Source: Eledone cirrhosa
Taxonomy: Eukaryota
Reading direction: 5' to 3'
Assembly (NCBI GenBank): GCA_964016885.1
Contig: OZ024740.1
Location: 260,400,001-260,464,000, forward strand
Length of the DNA: 64,000 nt
Below the pieces are notes generated by a model that saw only the letters and a list, made by a program, of their open reading frames with translations, did no database searches and had not been told where the DNA came from. Both the position numbers and the translations under genes were made by a program. Of this stretch, positions 52,169 to 64,000 are shown piece by piece (the stretch's first letter is position 1; each line of letters starts with the position of its first letter).

Positions 52169-52341
52169 AAATAATAATAGAAAAATATACATATGTGTGT
52201 GTATATGTACACATACATGCCCCCCCCTCCCCCCACACACAAATACACACGCATATATATATATATGGTATGTATGTGTACATATATATATATCTATATA
52301 TATATATATATAGATATGTACACATACATACCATATATATA

Positions 52342-52478
52342 TATATTTATTAAAATAACAGATTAAAGTTTAAGTAAAGAATCGCTGCTTTCACCCTTAA
52401 CGGGATCTTGAAGATCCCGTTAAGGGTGAAAGCAGCGATTCTTTGCTTAAACTTTAATCTGTTATTTTAATAAATATT
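52342..52478. repeat. Near-perfect palindrome pivoting at a truncated hammerhead core
   Basis: ...TTTCACCCTTAACGGGATCTT-G-AAGATCCCGTTAAGGGTGAAA...; right arm reads TGAAGA-tccc gttaa gggt-GAAA. Confidence 0.8.
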
Positions 52479-52785
52479 TGCTCTACGGTTCTTATATATT
52501 TGATATATATTTATCCTTATCGAGCCCTCTTTGGATTTTAGTCTTCAAATTTATTATTATTACTATATATATATATACATACATATACACACACAACGAT
52601 ATATATGTACATATACACATGCACAAACATATATACACATATACACGCATACCCCCCCCCCCCCCCACATATATATATATATATATAAGTGGGAATCACA
52701 ATTACAATATGCGGACGACGACTACTGGGTAAATAAATGAATAAGACGAATGGATATGTTCGTTGAGAGCGAAATGAAACTAATA

Positions 52786-52972
52786 ATTGTTTCTACTTTA
52801 GGCACAAGGCCAGCAATTACCCAGTGCATTACTGGTACTTTATTTTATCGACCCCGTAAGGATGAAAGGCAAAGTTAACCTCGGCAGGATTTGAACTCAG
52901 ACCGTAAAGGGACGTAACTATGCTGGGAAGCATGGCGTCCGACTCTCTACCGATACTGCCAATCCACCGCCC
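52786..52972 (-). mobile_element. SINE family 1 (full length)
   Basis: A and B boxes and tail present. Confidence 0.9.
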
Positions 52973-53548
52973 TTGAAACTAATAATGAAAGGTTATGTAT
53001 AAGTTAGCTGGAACAACAGTTGCAACAACAAGTATATATGCCCAAGTGCACACAGACACCTACACATATCCATGGACACACACACACGCATACACGCAAA
53101 GACACCGGCGCATGGGCGTACACACGCCCGGGCATACGCATATGGATATAGATCCATATATTGACATATAGATACACACACCTACCACAGGTATATATTT
53201 TTTATTAATATACGCATGCATATATATACACGTATACCTGCCAGCATATATACGCATATTCATATATATATACCCCCCCCCCCCGCGCGGGTAGATGCAC
53301 GCGTATGTACGTGCATAGATACACATGATGTGTACATATCGACACGCACGCGCAAATGCGGACATACGGTTAAATATAACCACCAATCCATGTAGTTGAG
53401 TGCACACACATACACAGGAATATACACGCATACGCATACAAATACACACACGCAGACACCTGATCACAGATAGACTTACACTGACATACACCAGTACATA
53501 CACCGGTGTACACATACACACACATATATATATTAATTTATAAGTGAA

Positions 53549-53733
53549 AGGTGGATTGGCAGTATCGGTAGAGTGTCGGACGCCATGCTTTCCAGCATAG
53601 TTACGTCCCTTTACGATCTGAGTTCAAATCCCGCCGAGATTGACTTTGCCTTTCATCCTTACGGGGTCGATAAAATAAAGTACCAGTAATGCACTGGGTA
53701 ATTGCTGGCCTTGTGCCTAAAGTAGAAACAATT
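53549..53733 (+). mobile_element. SINE family 1 (full length) with apparent target-site duplication
   Basis: ATTAATTTATAAGTGAAAG occurs immediately before (53532-53550) and after (53730-53748). Confidence 0.9.
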
Positions 53734-53879
53734 AATTTATAAGTGAAAGTTAGACAGAAAGTTATAAGTAAAGGAAAATTGTTCATATAAGGATCCATTA
53801 GCTTGTTTGTGCATTATATTCCTGATAAGTCTGTGTTAGGCGGTGTTACTCGGGGATTAGCGTCCCTTGGAGTTCGTGT

Positions 53880-54400
53880 GCCTGCGTACATTTTTAACAG
53901 GTGCGTTAGTGTAAACAATTCATCACAACTTCGGGCCTTGAGCTGCTTCGGTGTTCTTTAAGCTTTATGATTTCTACTGATTCTGAAAGGCCCAACCGAC
54001 TGTGTCTGCCTCCTAAATCGAGTTGGGGTGCAAGTCTTAGAACGGCCCATTCAATTCTAAAGTTGATTTTACCGTCTTTAAACCGTGCTTTGCGATATTT
54101 TACGCCGATATCTGAAGGAGCAGGCGCGGTTGTAGAAACCGGATTTAAAATCCTTAACAGTCGCACCTACGTAGATGTATTTTTTGTTGTCCTCCGCGTG
54201 AAGGGTGCATCTATAGACAATTCCAGAGACCAGGTAGTTGATTCTTAGCGGACACTCCGTACGGGATCTGCAGGTGCATTTTCCATTCGTGGGAACACGG
54301 TTGTCCAATTTTTCTGTGGAGCATGTATATTGAGGATCTGTAGAGTGGTCCGGTTGTTTGTTAGCTGTCCGATGTTTCGAATGGTCGGATTCCTCTGCAA
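53880..54400 (-). pseudogene. Penelope-like GIY-YIG remnant
   Basis: CTCRSRTECPL, GIVYRC..YVGAT..FKSGFYN; decayed. Confidence 0.75.
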
Positions 54401-54686
54401 CCCGAATTTGGTGGTTGGGTGCAGAGTTGGAGCTATCGTGGGTGGTAAATTTCTGGATCTTTTTTTGGGGTTGATGGCCATTATCAAGCTCTCGAGAACG
54501 AAAACTTGACAGTGTGCCTTCTGAAGATCCCATGGCATCTATGTGTTGGGGACAATAAGATTCCGGGGATGTTCGTTCGGACATGTATAGAATATGGTGC
54601 ATTGAACTAAGTCACATGTCTATTGCCGGATTTTCTGTGCATGGCCTATTAGTGGTATTGGTGAAGGCAATTTGTGCAGGGGTCAG

Positions 54687-54717
<31 letters not shown>

Positions 54718-55337
54718 CACATACACACCCACACATACTAATTTAAAGTATCATAACATAATATGTATGATGAATATGTTTCTCAGTAAAATAGCTCAAT
54801 GAACGTTTGTCCAAAGCCTCAATATCTGCCGTCACTATTAAGAATTAATTCACACCAAGCCGTATGGATTGACGACTCCTCGGAACATGACTGATTTAAA
54901 GATATTTTGTATTTTATTGGAACTTAGCTCCGCGTCTTCCGGAGCTATACCAAAATCCATAGTTGGTAATCATTGATCGATTACTTAGATCAATTTTCAA
55001 TCCGGTTCTCGGGACGATGAAATGGCGGCCGTAACGAAAATACTAATAATAACTTTTCGACCTTAAAGTACATACGGTTTTCTAAACATTATATGGTTTT
55101 TTATATATATACAAAATACTCTAATGATATATTTTACTTAAGAATGGTAAAATTCTCTCGGAATTTTATCATTCTTTAGCTTGCTACCCGATTTTTCTTT
55201 AGCAATGCATCTATGTATATATATGTATATATATATATTCTTCTACCTGGAGTTGCAACCGATAGATAGTATTAGCAATTGGACAGACCAATGGAAACAT
55301 TGTTTCCTCGGTCCGATTTGACGAAAGTCGATCGTTC

Positions 55338-55423
<86 letters not shown>

Positions 55424-55769
55424 TAAGAATCGATCTTATAACATCTTTTCTCTCCGATCTTATATCATTGCGCCTGTATAATTTATACAAACACGCATAA
55501 TGTGGATACATTTGTCTCGACAATCTCTTACCTTTGCATTTTTATGTTACTGCTCCTAATGAACAATTTTAAAATTTATATTGGTGAGCTGACTTTAGGT
55601 TCTAATAGTGACTACCTGTAGCACTTTGAACCTATACTTTTGTCAGACAATATAATTAATTACTTCACCTATTAATCAATATTTTAACACACACACACAT
55701 ATATATATATAGTAACATAAAAATGCAAGGGTAAGTTATTGTCGAGACTGGTGATGTGACAAGAGAATA

Positions 55770-56560
55770 TAATGTTTGTTTCCAACCTCTCCTCCAGCAA
55801 AGCCATCTTTGACAGGGCAGCACCCTACTATAATTCAGCACTAAGTAACAGCGGCTTCTCCGAAAAAATCACATACTCTCCAGATCACTGCTAAGCTAAA
55901 AAAAAACCTAGACATAAAAAATGTCATATGGTTCGCACCACCTTTCTACCTGAATGTGAAAACTAATGTAGGAAAAAAGTTCCTAGCCTTCATAGATCTC
56001 CATTTCCCTGTTGGCCACAAATACCGAAATATATTTAATCGCCATACAGTAAAAATAGGATATTCTTGCACTAACAATGCCAAATCCTACATCACCGGCA
56101 AATACAAAAGCCCTCCACCGTACGGATGCTCATGTAGAAGACCAGAAACATGCCCAACAGTGCAACACTCCAGTGATATACCAAGCAGAGGTTACCTCCA
56201 CCAACCAGGACCATCAAACTGGAGCCTGGACCTATGTTGGTATGTCTGAAAGCCAGTTTAAAAACCGGTACCTGAATCACGAAACAACATTCAGATATTC
56301 TGACAAAAAACATGCCACACAGCTCGCAAATAACGCACGGAGCCTTAAGAAAATGGCACACCTTTTCCCATCAAATTGAGAATATTAGAAAGATCTATCA
56401 CCTATTTGAATGGGTCGAAATTTTGTCGACTTTTTAATTCTGAAAAATGGTGTATATTCTCACAACTAGCTTCAGATAAACACTGCCTCAACACACGACT
56501 TGATTGCTTTGGCTGATGTCTTCATGAGAAGAGGTATATTTTGAGTAAATGGTTTAGACC
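55770..56560 (+). pseudogene. Penelope-like RT-thumb/GIY-YIG remnant
   Basis: IFDRAAPYYNSAL, WFAPPF..NVKTNVGKKFL..IDLHFP, IFNRHTVKIGYSC, CSCRRPETCP, VIYQA..YVG...FKNRYLNH. Confidence 0.85.
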
Positions 56561-56939
56561 TGACTAACAGGTCAAGAAGTATACTTTAATTTATTGACTA
56601 TTTTGTATATCAAGGAAATTGGATTCTTTGAGTCAGCTAGAAAAAATATTTTTATTCTATTGTTATTCAATCTTGACTGTGGTCTCTCAAGAATTACTTC
56701 CCTTGATCTTACCTTCTAATTAAAAAAAAACTCTTTTTCTAACTAATTTCTAAATGATCTGCCATTGTTTAAACTCTTATGATATATTTCTAAAAACAAA
56801 GCACAATCAACCCCAGGCGACCATTTTTTTTATGACAGGCTTGAATGAGTTAGGGGTCCAGAACCCAACGAAACTTAAGTACCTATTTATGTCACTGTTG
56901 TAATTATATTTATATATGCACACACACACACACACACAC

Positions 56940-56995
<56 letters not shown>

Positions 56996-57001
<6 letters not shown>

Positions 57002-57984
57002 ATAAATGCTCTGAAATAGCGATATATATGTGAATATAGACATAGAATATTCGAAAATATTCTGTATGTTTATAATAAACATTTTGAAGACCTAATCGCT
57101 ATAGAATAGAATACGTCACGTATTACAATTAGATTCTCGATAAAAGCAAGGGAAGTAATCTACGCGTTTCATTCTTGTTAGAAATCTTCAGGACTACATA
57201 TCCAGTGCTTTTATCGAGAATGACACAGCTAGAGACTTATAGAATACTTAGCTGTGTACAGGAACTGGTTTGAAAGAGCGGTTGCCGGTCCGGCAGAAAT
57301 TAGAAATTGGAATAAATGCTCTGAAATAGCGATATATATGTGAATATAGACATAGAATATTCGATATTCACATATATATCGCTATTTCAGAGCATTTATT
57401 CCAATTTCTAATTTCTGCCGGACCGGCAACCGCTCTTTCAGACCAGTTCTTGTACACAGCTAAGTATTCTATAAGTCTCTAGCTGTGTCATTCTCGATAA
57501 AAGCACTGGATATGTAGTCCTGAAGATTTCTAACAAGAATGAAACGCGTAGATTACTTCCCTTGCTTTTATCGAGAATCTAATTGTAATACGTGACGTAT
57601 TCTATTCTATAGCGATTAGGTCTTCAAAATGTTTATTATAAACATACAGAATATTTTCGAATATTCTATGTCTATATTCACATATATATCGCTATTTCAG
57701 AGCATTTATTCCAATTTCTAATTTCTGCCGGACCGGCAACCGCTCTTTCAAACCAGTTCCTGTACACAGCTAAGTATTCTATAAGTCTCTAGCTGTGTCA
57801 TTCTCGATAAAAGCACTGGATATGTAGTCCTGAAGATTTCTAACAAGAATGAAACGCGTAGATTACTTCCCTTGCTTTTATCGAGAATCTAATTGTAATA
57901 CGTGACGTATTCTATTCTATAGCGATTAGGTCTTCAAAATGTTTATTATAAACATACAGAATATTTTCGAATATTCTATGTCTA

Positions 57985-57988
<4 letters not shown>
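56996..57988. repeat. Tandem-plus-inverted array of a 310-bp unit with three hammerheads (57155-57197 on -, 57514-57556 and 57824-57866 on +)
   Basis: gtagtc-CTGAAGA-tttct aaca agaat-GAAAC gc GTA-gattac; ~1.2 units on - joined head-to-head to 2 units on +; (TA)n on both flanks. Confidence 0.9.
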
Positions 57989-58028
<40 letters not shown>

Positions 58029-58029
58029 C

Positions 58030-58629
58030 ATATAAGTCCATAGAATCATTTGATAAAATATATACAGTATTTCTTCTCCCAATCAGCATAATCAACTACA
58101 TAAAAAATCAATTAAACGAGGCTATAAGTTTAAAATCTACCTATGAAGAAACAATAGATAAATAAATGCTAGCTATTTTATCAGCGATCTACAGCCACAG
58201 AAGATTTACCTAGTATTTCTAATAGCTCGTAGAAATTGACTAGACATATAGCTAACATACACAATTAGGTACAAAATCAAAGTTAGAAGAAAAAAATGTA
58301 CATAAACATACCAAAATCATGTTTCTACCCCGGATGTTTCATTCGCTTTTTGGAAATATCCGATCATGGATAAATCAACGAGTTTCGAAATCACCAGGAA
58401 ACAAACTCAATTGGACAAAGATTTTTCTTAAATGATCCCCGCCAGAAACGAATTCAAAATGGCTAAGGATTGTCACATGGCCAGTGGTCAAGTCAGAAAG
58501 CTTGTGATTGGTGCCTGACGGCGAGTATGCTGGTTACTAGAAAGTGCAGCCGAATACTGCCTAAAGGTTTACTCAACCTTACGGGAGTATATAAAATATA
58601 GAGGTTTACATATACATAAACTAGATAGA

Positions 58630-58671
<42 letters not shown>

Positions 58672-59180
58672 TTTGGCAACCATTCACGGTGTGGCTCAAT
58701 GACGAATTAATTAATTAAATAATCAACAATCAGAGCAATATATAAGAAAGTAAGTCCATAGAATAATTTGATCGGATATTTCCAAAAAGCGAATGAAACC
58801 CCCGGGGGTAGAAACATGATTTTGGTATGTTTATGTACATTTTTTCTTCTAACTTTGATTTTGTACCTAATTGTGTATGTTAGCTATATGTCTAGTCAAT
58901 TTCTACGGGCTATTAGAAATACTAGGTAAATCTTCTGTGGCTGTAGATCGCTGATAAAATAGCTAGCATTTATTTATCTATTGTTTCTTCATAGGTACAT
59001 TTTAAACTTATAGCCTCGTTTAATTGATTTTTTATGTGGCTTATTATGCTGATTGGGAGAAGAAATACTGTATATATTTTATCAAATGATTCTATGGACT
59101 TACTTTCTTATATATTGCTCTGATTGTTGATTATTTAATTAATTAATTCGTCATTGAGCCACGCCGTAAATGGTTGCCAA

Positions 59181-59222
<42 letters not shown>

Positions 59223-59260
59223 TCTGTCTAGTTTATGTATATGTAAACCTCTATATTATA
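58030..59260. repeat. Nested inverted repeats (~330-bp arms 58033-58365 and 58771-59102, plus shorter pairs)
   Basis: TAAGTCCATAGAATCATTTG... mirrored at ~59080-59102; 58668-58760 mirrored at 59095-59185; 58593-58630 mirrored at 59222-59258. Confidence 0.85.
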
Positions 59261-59433
59261 TATATATATATATATGAAGGCCACCAGCTCCATACAAAGC
59301 TTCACCACTTCTTGTATCTGTTCCTTCCTGGTATGAAATCTCAAATGGCTTTTGAGTCCTAAAAGCCTGTGAAACACCCGTCCAGTTTCCACATTGGATT
59401 TGCTTATTGTCTATATTCAGAGGTCGCTTCAAC

Positions 59434-59609
59434 CCACCACCACCACCACCACCACCACCACCACCACCACCACCACCACCACCACCACCACCACCACCAC
59501 CACCACCACCACCACCACCACCACCACCACCACCTTCTTCTTCTTCTTCTTCTTCTTCTTCTTCTTCTTCTTCTTCTTCTTCTTCTTCTTCTTCTTCTTC
59601 TTCTTCTTC
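59434..59609. repeat. Compound (CCA)n-(TTC)n microsatellite
   Basis: Direct reading. Confidence 0.95.
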
Positions 59610-60180
59610 AGAGGGTTGTGGGGGCAGAGTTCTCAAACACACCTTCCAGCAGGTCCTGTCAGAGGTAACTGTGTCCGGCTGAATCCCGAAGTGAGACCAG
59701 CCAAGTTCATGGATGTTATCCAACCACTTTGCTCGGGGTCTGGTCCTGGGTCTCCCGCTGGCTGGTTTTGCTCATAAAATCTGTCCAGCGATTCTTTCCC
59801 GAGACATTCTAACCACATACCCGTTGTATCTCAATTCGGAGAAGTAGCGGCTCTACCAGGAGTGACTCTCTGATCTCCAAGCTACACACTCTATTGAGTA
59901 ACATTACTCCAAAGACCCTTCGGAGGAACACCATTTCGGCTGCTTGTATTCGTGGTAATATTCTTTTGGCCAAGATGCATGACCATAGGTAAGGGTTGGC
60001 ACGAATACCGAATTGAAGACAGTGAGTTTGGCTTTTACGCCTACCTCCCTTATTCTGATTACTGAATGCTGAAGCTGGCGTATTACTGCACCAGCTCCTG
60101 CAATTCGTGCACTTAATTCAGCCTCCTACCTTCCATCACTTATGAATAACCCGAGACACCTGAACTCCATTCACATGTAG
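59610..60180 (-). mobile_element. Decayed RTE-like LINE 3' end
   Basis: Minus-strand RT C-terminal-like remnants ending ...TLPPQPS before a (GAA)n tail; heavily mutated. Confidence 0.45.
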
Positions 60181-60261
60181 AGTGGACTGCGCAGGCTTCT
60201 TTGATTTACAATTTTTCTGACAAACGTGCCACTGGAATTGATTCTCTGCAACGAAGTTTAA

Positions 60262-60835
60262 CTAGTCAACTTGGACTTTACCGTCATGTGTTCGTTGGCG
60301 TGTCTTCAAGCCAGCATTCAAAAGGCACACCTTAGGACACACAGAGCATTTAAAAATCAACGTTGGATAAGATTCATCATTATTACTGTTAGTCTCATTC
60401 TTCCACACTTTTCTTTTCAGTTCTGCATGTTTTACCCTCTCCATTTCAAATACTTTAACTCCATTCCAAATGGCATTTCTCCAGTTCACTCGGTCTACTG
60501 CACATGATTCAGGATTTTTGTAGGATATGTTAAGGCATTTTAAGTTGGCTTTTAGAAAGTCTCTGTATATCCTCCTTGACTTACTATTTAAGCTTTTGCC
60601 TAGCTTGAGTTCGTCATAAAACATTTTTTGGAGGATGCGTCCGTCACCCATACGAATCATGTGACATGTCCAGCTTAACTGATTCCTATATAGCATAGCT
60701 AGAGTTGATGTAACCTTTGCCCTAGCAAGAACCTCAGTGTCTGGAACGAACGTGTTCCAGCTTATTTTGAGTATATGCTGGTGGCAATTTTGGTGAAACT
60801 AATCCAACATTTTAACATGCCGTGTGTACAACGTC
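60262..60835 (-). pseudogene. RTE-like LINE C-terminal remnant
   Basis: QLSWTCHMIRM..GRI..MFY.EL..G, YRD.LK.NLK, AVDR.NWR, CSVC.KVC...AGL. Confidence 0.7.
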
Positions 60836-61097
60836 TTGTCACATAGTTGGCGACTAAATCAGCAACCCCATCAAGATTGTTTGATGAGGAGGAGGATTTG
60901 GACATCCTGCAAGACGAAAAACAAAAACCAGAGAAACTCAGGAATCAACGGCCATCCAATCAAACGTGTACATATGTAGATACTTTTGTACTTTTATACA
61001 TATTTGTGTGGTGGGTATATCTTTTATCGTTTATCTTTCATCTTTTTTCTTTTCTTTTCAAACACAACACACACACACACATGTTTGTATGTATGTG

Positions 61098-61134
<37 letters not shown>

Positions 61135-63050
61135 ATATATATATATTATAAAGAACACAAGAGCGTCTACAACATCAAAAGATTTTTATTGGCTTACAAT
61201 GTTTCTTCCTTACGTAACCGTAGGATTCGTCAGAGCTATAAAAGGGGTTTGATTGGTGTTATGGACTCTACCAACCAAACATTCAAGAACAAAGAGTAAA
61301 GAGAGTAAAGAGCAAAAGTAGGGGACGATAAGTCTAATTTTGGTGCGGGAGGGTGAGGTGTGGGTCCTTGTTTACTAGCTGCGGTCATATTCATTCCCGG
61401 GAGTCGAGTGGTTAGCTGAACCATAGATGGGGTGGCGTCGATAGTAGGGTGCAGAGGGTGTGCAGAGGCTACACAAACACAAAGGGCATACAATATATAT
61501 ATATATAACGGAGGAGAAAGTACATGAGGTAATTAGAAATGGAAAAAGAGTAATAATAATAATCTATAATTAATAATGTATAATAAGGCATGGGGAAGAT
61601 TACACTATAATAAGGTATAAAAGTAAGAATAAGGTAAAATATAAAGGAGGATAAAAGTGAAAATAAGAATAAAGATAAAAAATATATATATAAAAAAATA
61701 TATAGAGAATATATAAAGAAATATAAGCAAGTATTTGAAGGGGAAAACACAATGTAAAAAGACCGATTTTTTCAAATAAAAATATTATAATTATGGGGGG
61801 AGAAAACGGGATAGCGAAATATGATCAAATGTGATTAGTTGAGGGAATATAAGATGATAATAGTTATGTCAAGTTTATACATATTAATAATAAATAATCT
61901 GTATATCAGAGTTACAGAACCTTCAATTCACTTACAGGTTCAAGCCACGTGGCATAGTCCATTGTTTATCTGTGCGGTCATGTGCGTTTGTTTTTGACAC
62001 CACAGCAGATGTACAAGTTCGTAAATTCCAATGCAGATAGAAATCTATTTTTGCTCACCCAGACATTGACGGAGGATCCAATATTCCTAGTTCAATATGT
62101 GTGTGGTGTTATTTTGGTCGCACAAATCAATCACTTGGTTCAATATTATGGAGTATGGTTTTCTGGTCTTCGTAACAGTGTCAGTGGTTGTATATCTCGA
62201 AATCACAAGGATCACAGTACTCCGGTTTGGTGTGATTATCGGTCATCCAACTATGTTGTCGGTGGTTGGATTCAATTCTATTGCCCCGAACGTAGAACTT
62301 TGGTGTCGATAGAACATTAACGAGGCGGAGTGAGATCGCATCTGTGGTACAAAACGGTACGCAAGGAAATTCTTCGTCTTCGTTTCATCCGGGTCCAGCA
62401 GTCACGTGCAAGAACCGCTACGTAGTAATTGTGGGGTTAATCGGTCAAGATAGTAACTGACCGAAAATTCTCTTAGGAATTCAGACAGGCATGACAGGTA
62501 CATTTAGGTCAGCAGTTTCCTTATGTGTACGTGTGTCCGATACACACAGACACATATTTATATGTATTTCAACTCAAAAAATTCAATTGATTCGCCTATT
62601 GACATTATATCTGTGTTGCTCCGATGTGCATGTTGTGGTGTTCTGATCGTGTATAGCATTCACTGTGTTTTGCTATTACCTTGGAATGTGATGTTATGGT
62701 CATCAATAGTCCGGCAAGCGCATTCCTCTCTTATATTGCGGAGAATGGTGTTCTGGTCCTCAGTAAACATTTGGGTCAGCAGGAGGGGTGGTGGTTCTCA
62801 GTTTCAACTTCGACAATACATATGTGTTACTCTACATATCGTGCTCCTCTCAAAGAAGAGTATTATAGGAGGAATTCATGCCAAACACCACATATAGAGA
62901 AGATTTCTACAGAAAAAATATACATACATATACACATATATACACACATCATACACACACACATACACATACACACACATACGCATACATACATATATAC
63001 ACATACATATCACATATACACATACACACAATATAATACACATGCATACA

Positions 63051-63097
<47 letters not shown>

Positions 63098-63357
63098 ATA
63101 TACATGTATACAATGCACGCACACATGCATGCATGCATGCATGCACACACGTACGCACACACATATACATATGTCTGTGTGTGTGTGAGAGAGAGAAAAG
63201 GAGAATACACACACACACATACACACACATACACACACACGCAAAAACACCAACCTTGTAGGGGACTGTTCCACCCTTAGGGTACCTATCTATCTGGGTT
63301 ACGGGTTTGGGGGGGGGGGCTATAGTCTAGGTGTGGATTGCGTGATATATGTTACGT

Positions 63358-64000
63358 CTATGTGCTAGGTTTAAAATAGAAGAAGGAACTCAGGGTTTTG
63401 TGCTGGCAAGAGGAGAAAATTTCCGATTTCCTGTTAAGCAGGTTCAGTTTAGAGTGTATTATGGCATGGCATTCCAGTAAACACAGGTCACAACTACCGC
63501 TCTGCGGTCGGTATGGCGTGGATCTAGTAAGCTTCCTCCAAAAAAGTTTGTATGGGGTACTATTATTTTTTAAAAAGGAGATGTATACCGCCAGTGAGGT
63601 GGCATTCTTATGTCTATCGTGTCTAAATGTGTACATATGCGCGTTAAATCTAGTTTTAAATATATTGGACGTTGCTCCTATATATGTTTTGGTAGAGTTG
63701 TGTGTGGTTACGTCACATGCATATACGATGTTTTTCATGAGGCAATCCCCCCTTAGGGGACAATTACTACTCCGCCTACAATTGCAACTGCAGGTTCGAT
63801 TAGTTAGCGTACCTCCCGAACTTTGGTTACTAGCATTATCACTAGGTGCCTCTATATCATTAGATGGCTCATTGATGCTATTATGTTGCCCATTTTCCAG
63901 TGTAGTCGGTTGCTGGTGGTTAACTGCCATTTTAATTGCTTCGAAACCTGCCCTAGTTTTCCTAATGTTCGTGCGTGCTAGGTGTGATGCGAGGTTAGGT
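63358..64000 (-). mobile_element. Penelope-like element C-terminus (GIY-YIG), open frame, element continues beyond window
   Basis: CNCRRSSNCPLRGDC, NIVYAC..TYIGAT..FKTRFNAH, ATSLA, CDLCLLE, LLNRKSE..C.H. Confidence 0.9.

Noticed and set aside
59256-59777. Poly-E/G/H/P ORFs
   Set aside because: Translation of the (CCA)n(TTC)n microsatellite.
61920-62900. Possible host exon after TTACAG at ~61935 and ORFs 61982-62320 and 62523-62897
   Set aside because: No recognisable protein motif or convincing exon frame; left unassigned.

Overview
Repeat-saturated, AT-rich animal non-coding DNA. The (TA)n/(CA)n density and two tRNA-derived SINE families suggest an octopod cephalopod (inference). No host protein-coding gene is recognisable; nearly all short ORFs are microsatellite or antisense artefacts. 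Real coding content is transposon-derived: a DD37D (maT) Tc1/mariner (58-1321), a Helitron 3' remnant (5731-7717), a ~19-kb pile-up of non-LTR retrotransposons at (AAT)n tracts (three R4/Dong-like RLE copies on +, two long Tx1-like APE-RT copies and further 3' ends on -; 12147-30930), a decayed Gypsy with one LTR (46825-50240), four Penelope-like (PLE) GIY-YIG remnants and RTE-like remnants. The most striking unannotated signal is about 15 type I hammerhead-ribozyme motifs on both strands, from about nine unrelated sequence families. They sit in short fold-back insertions next to (TA)n tracts, many have non-canonical U.U or C.A closure of stem II or long stem II extensions, and one lies in a 310-bp tandem unit resembling a retrozyme/circRNA template. 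Other leads are an (AAT)n-targeting Tx1 family, an ORF1-swapped Tx1 chimera, a SINE/Tx1 shared 3' end, a twin-priming-like PLE inversion and a SINE-head tandem array. All alignments and folds were done by eye.
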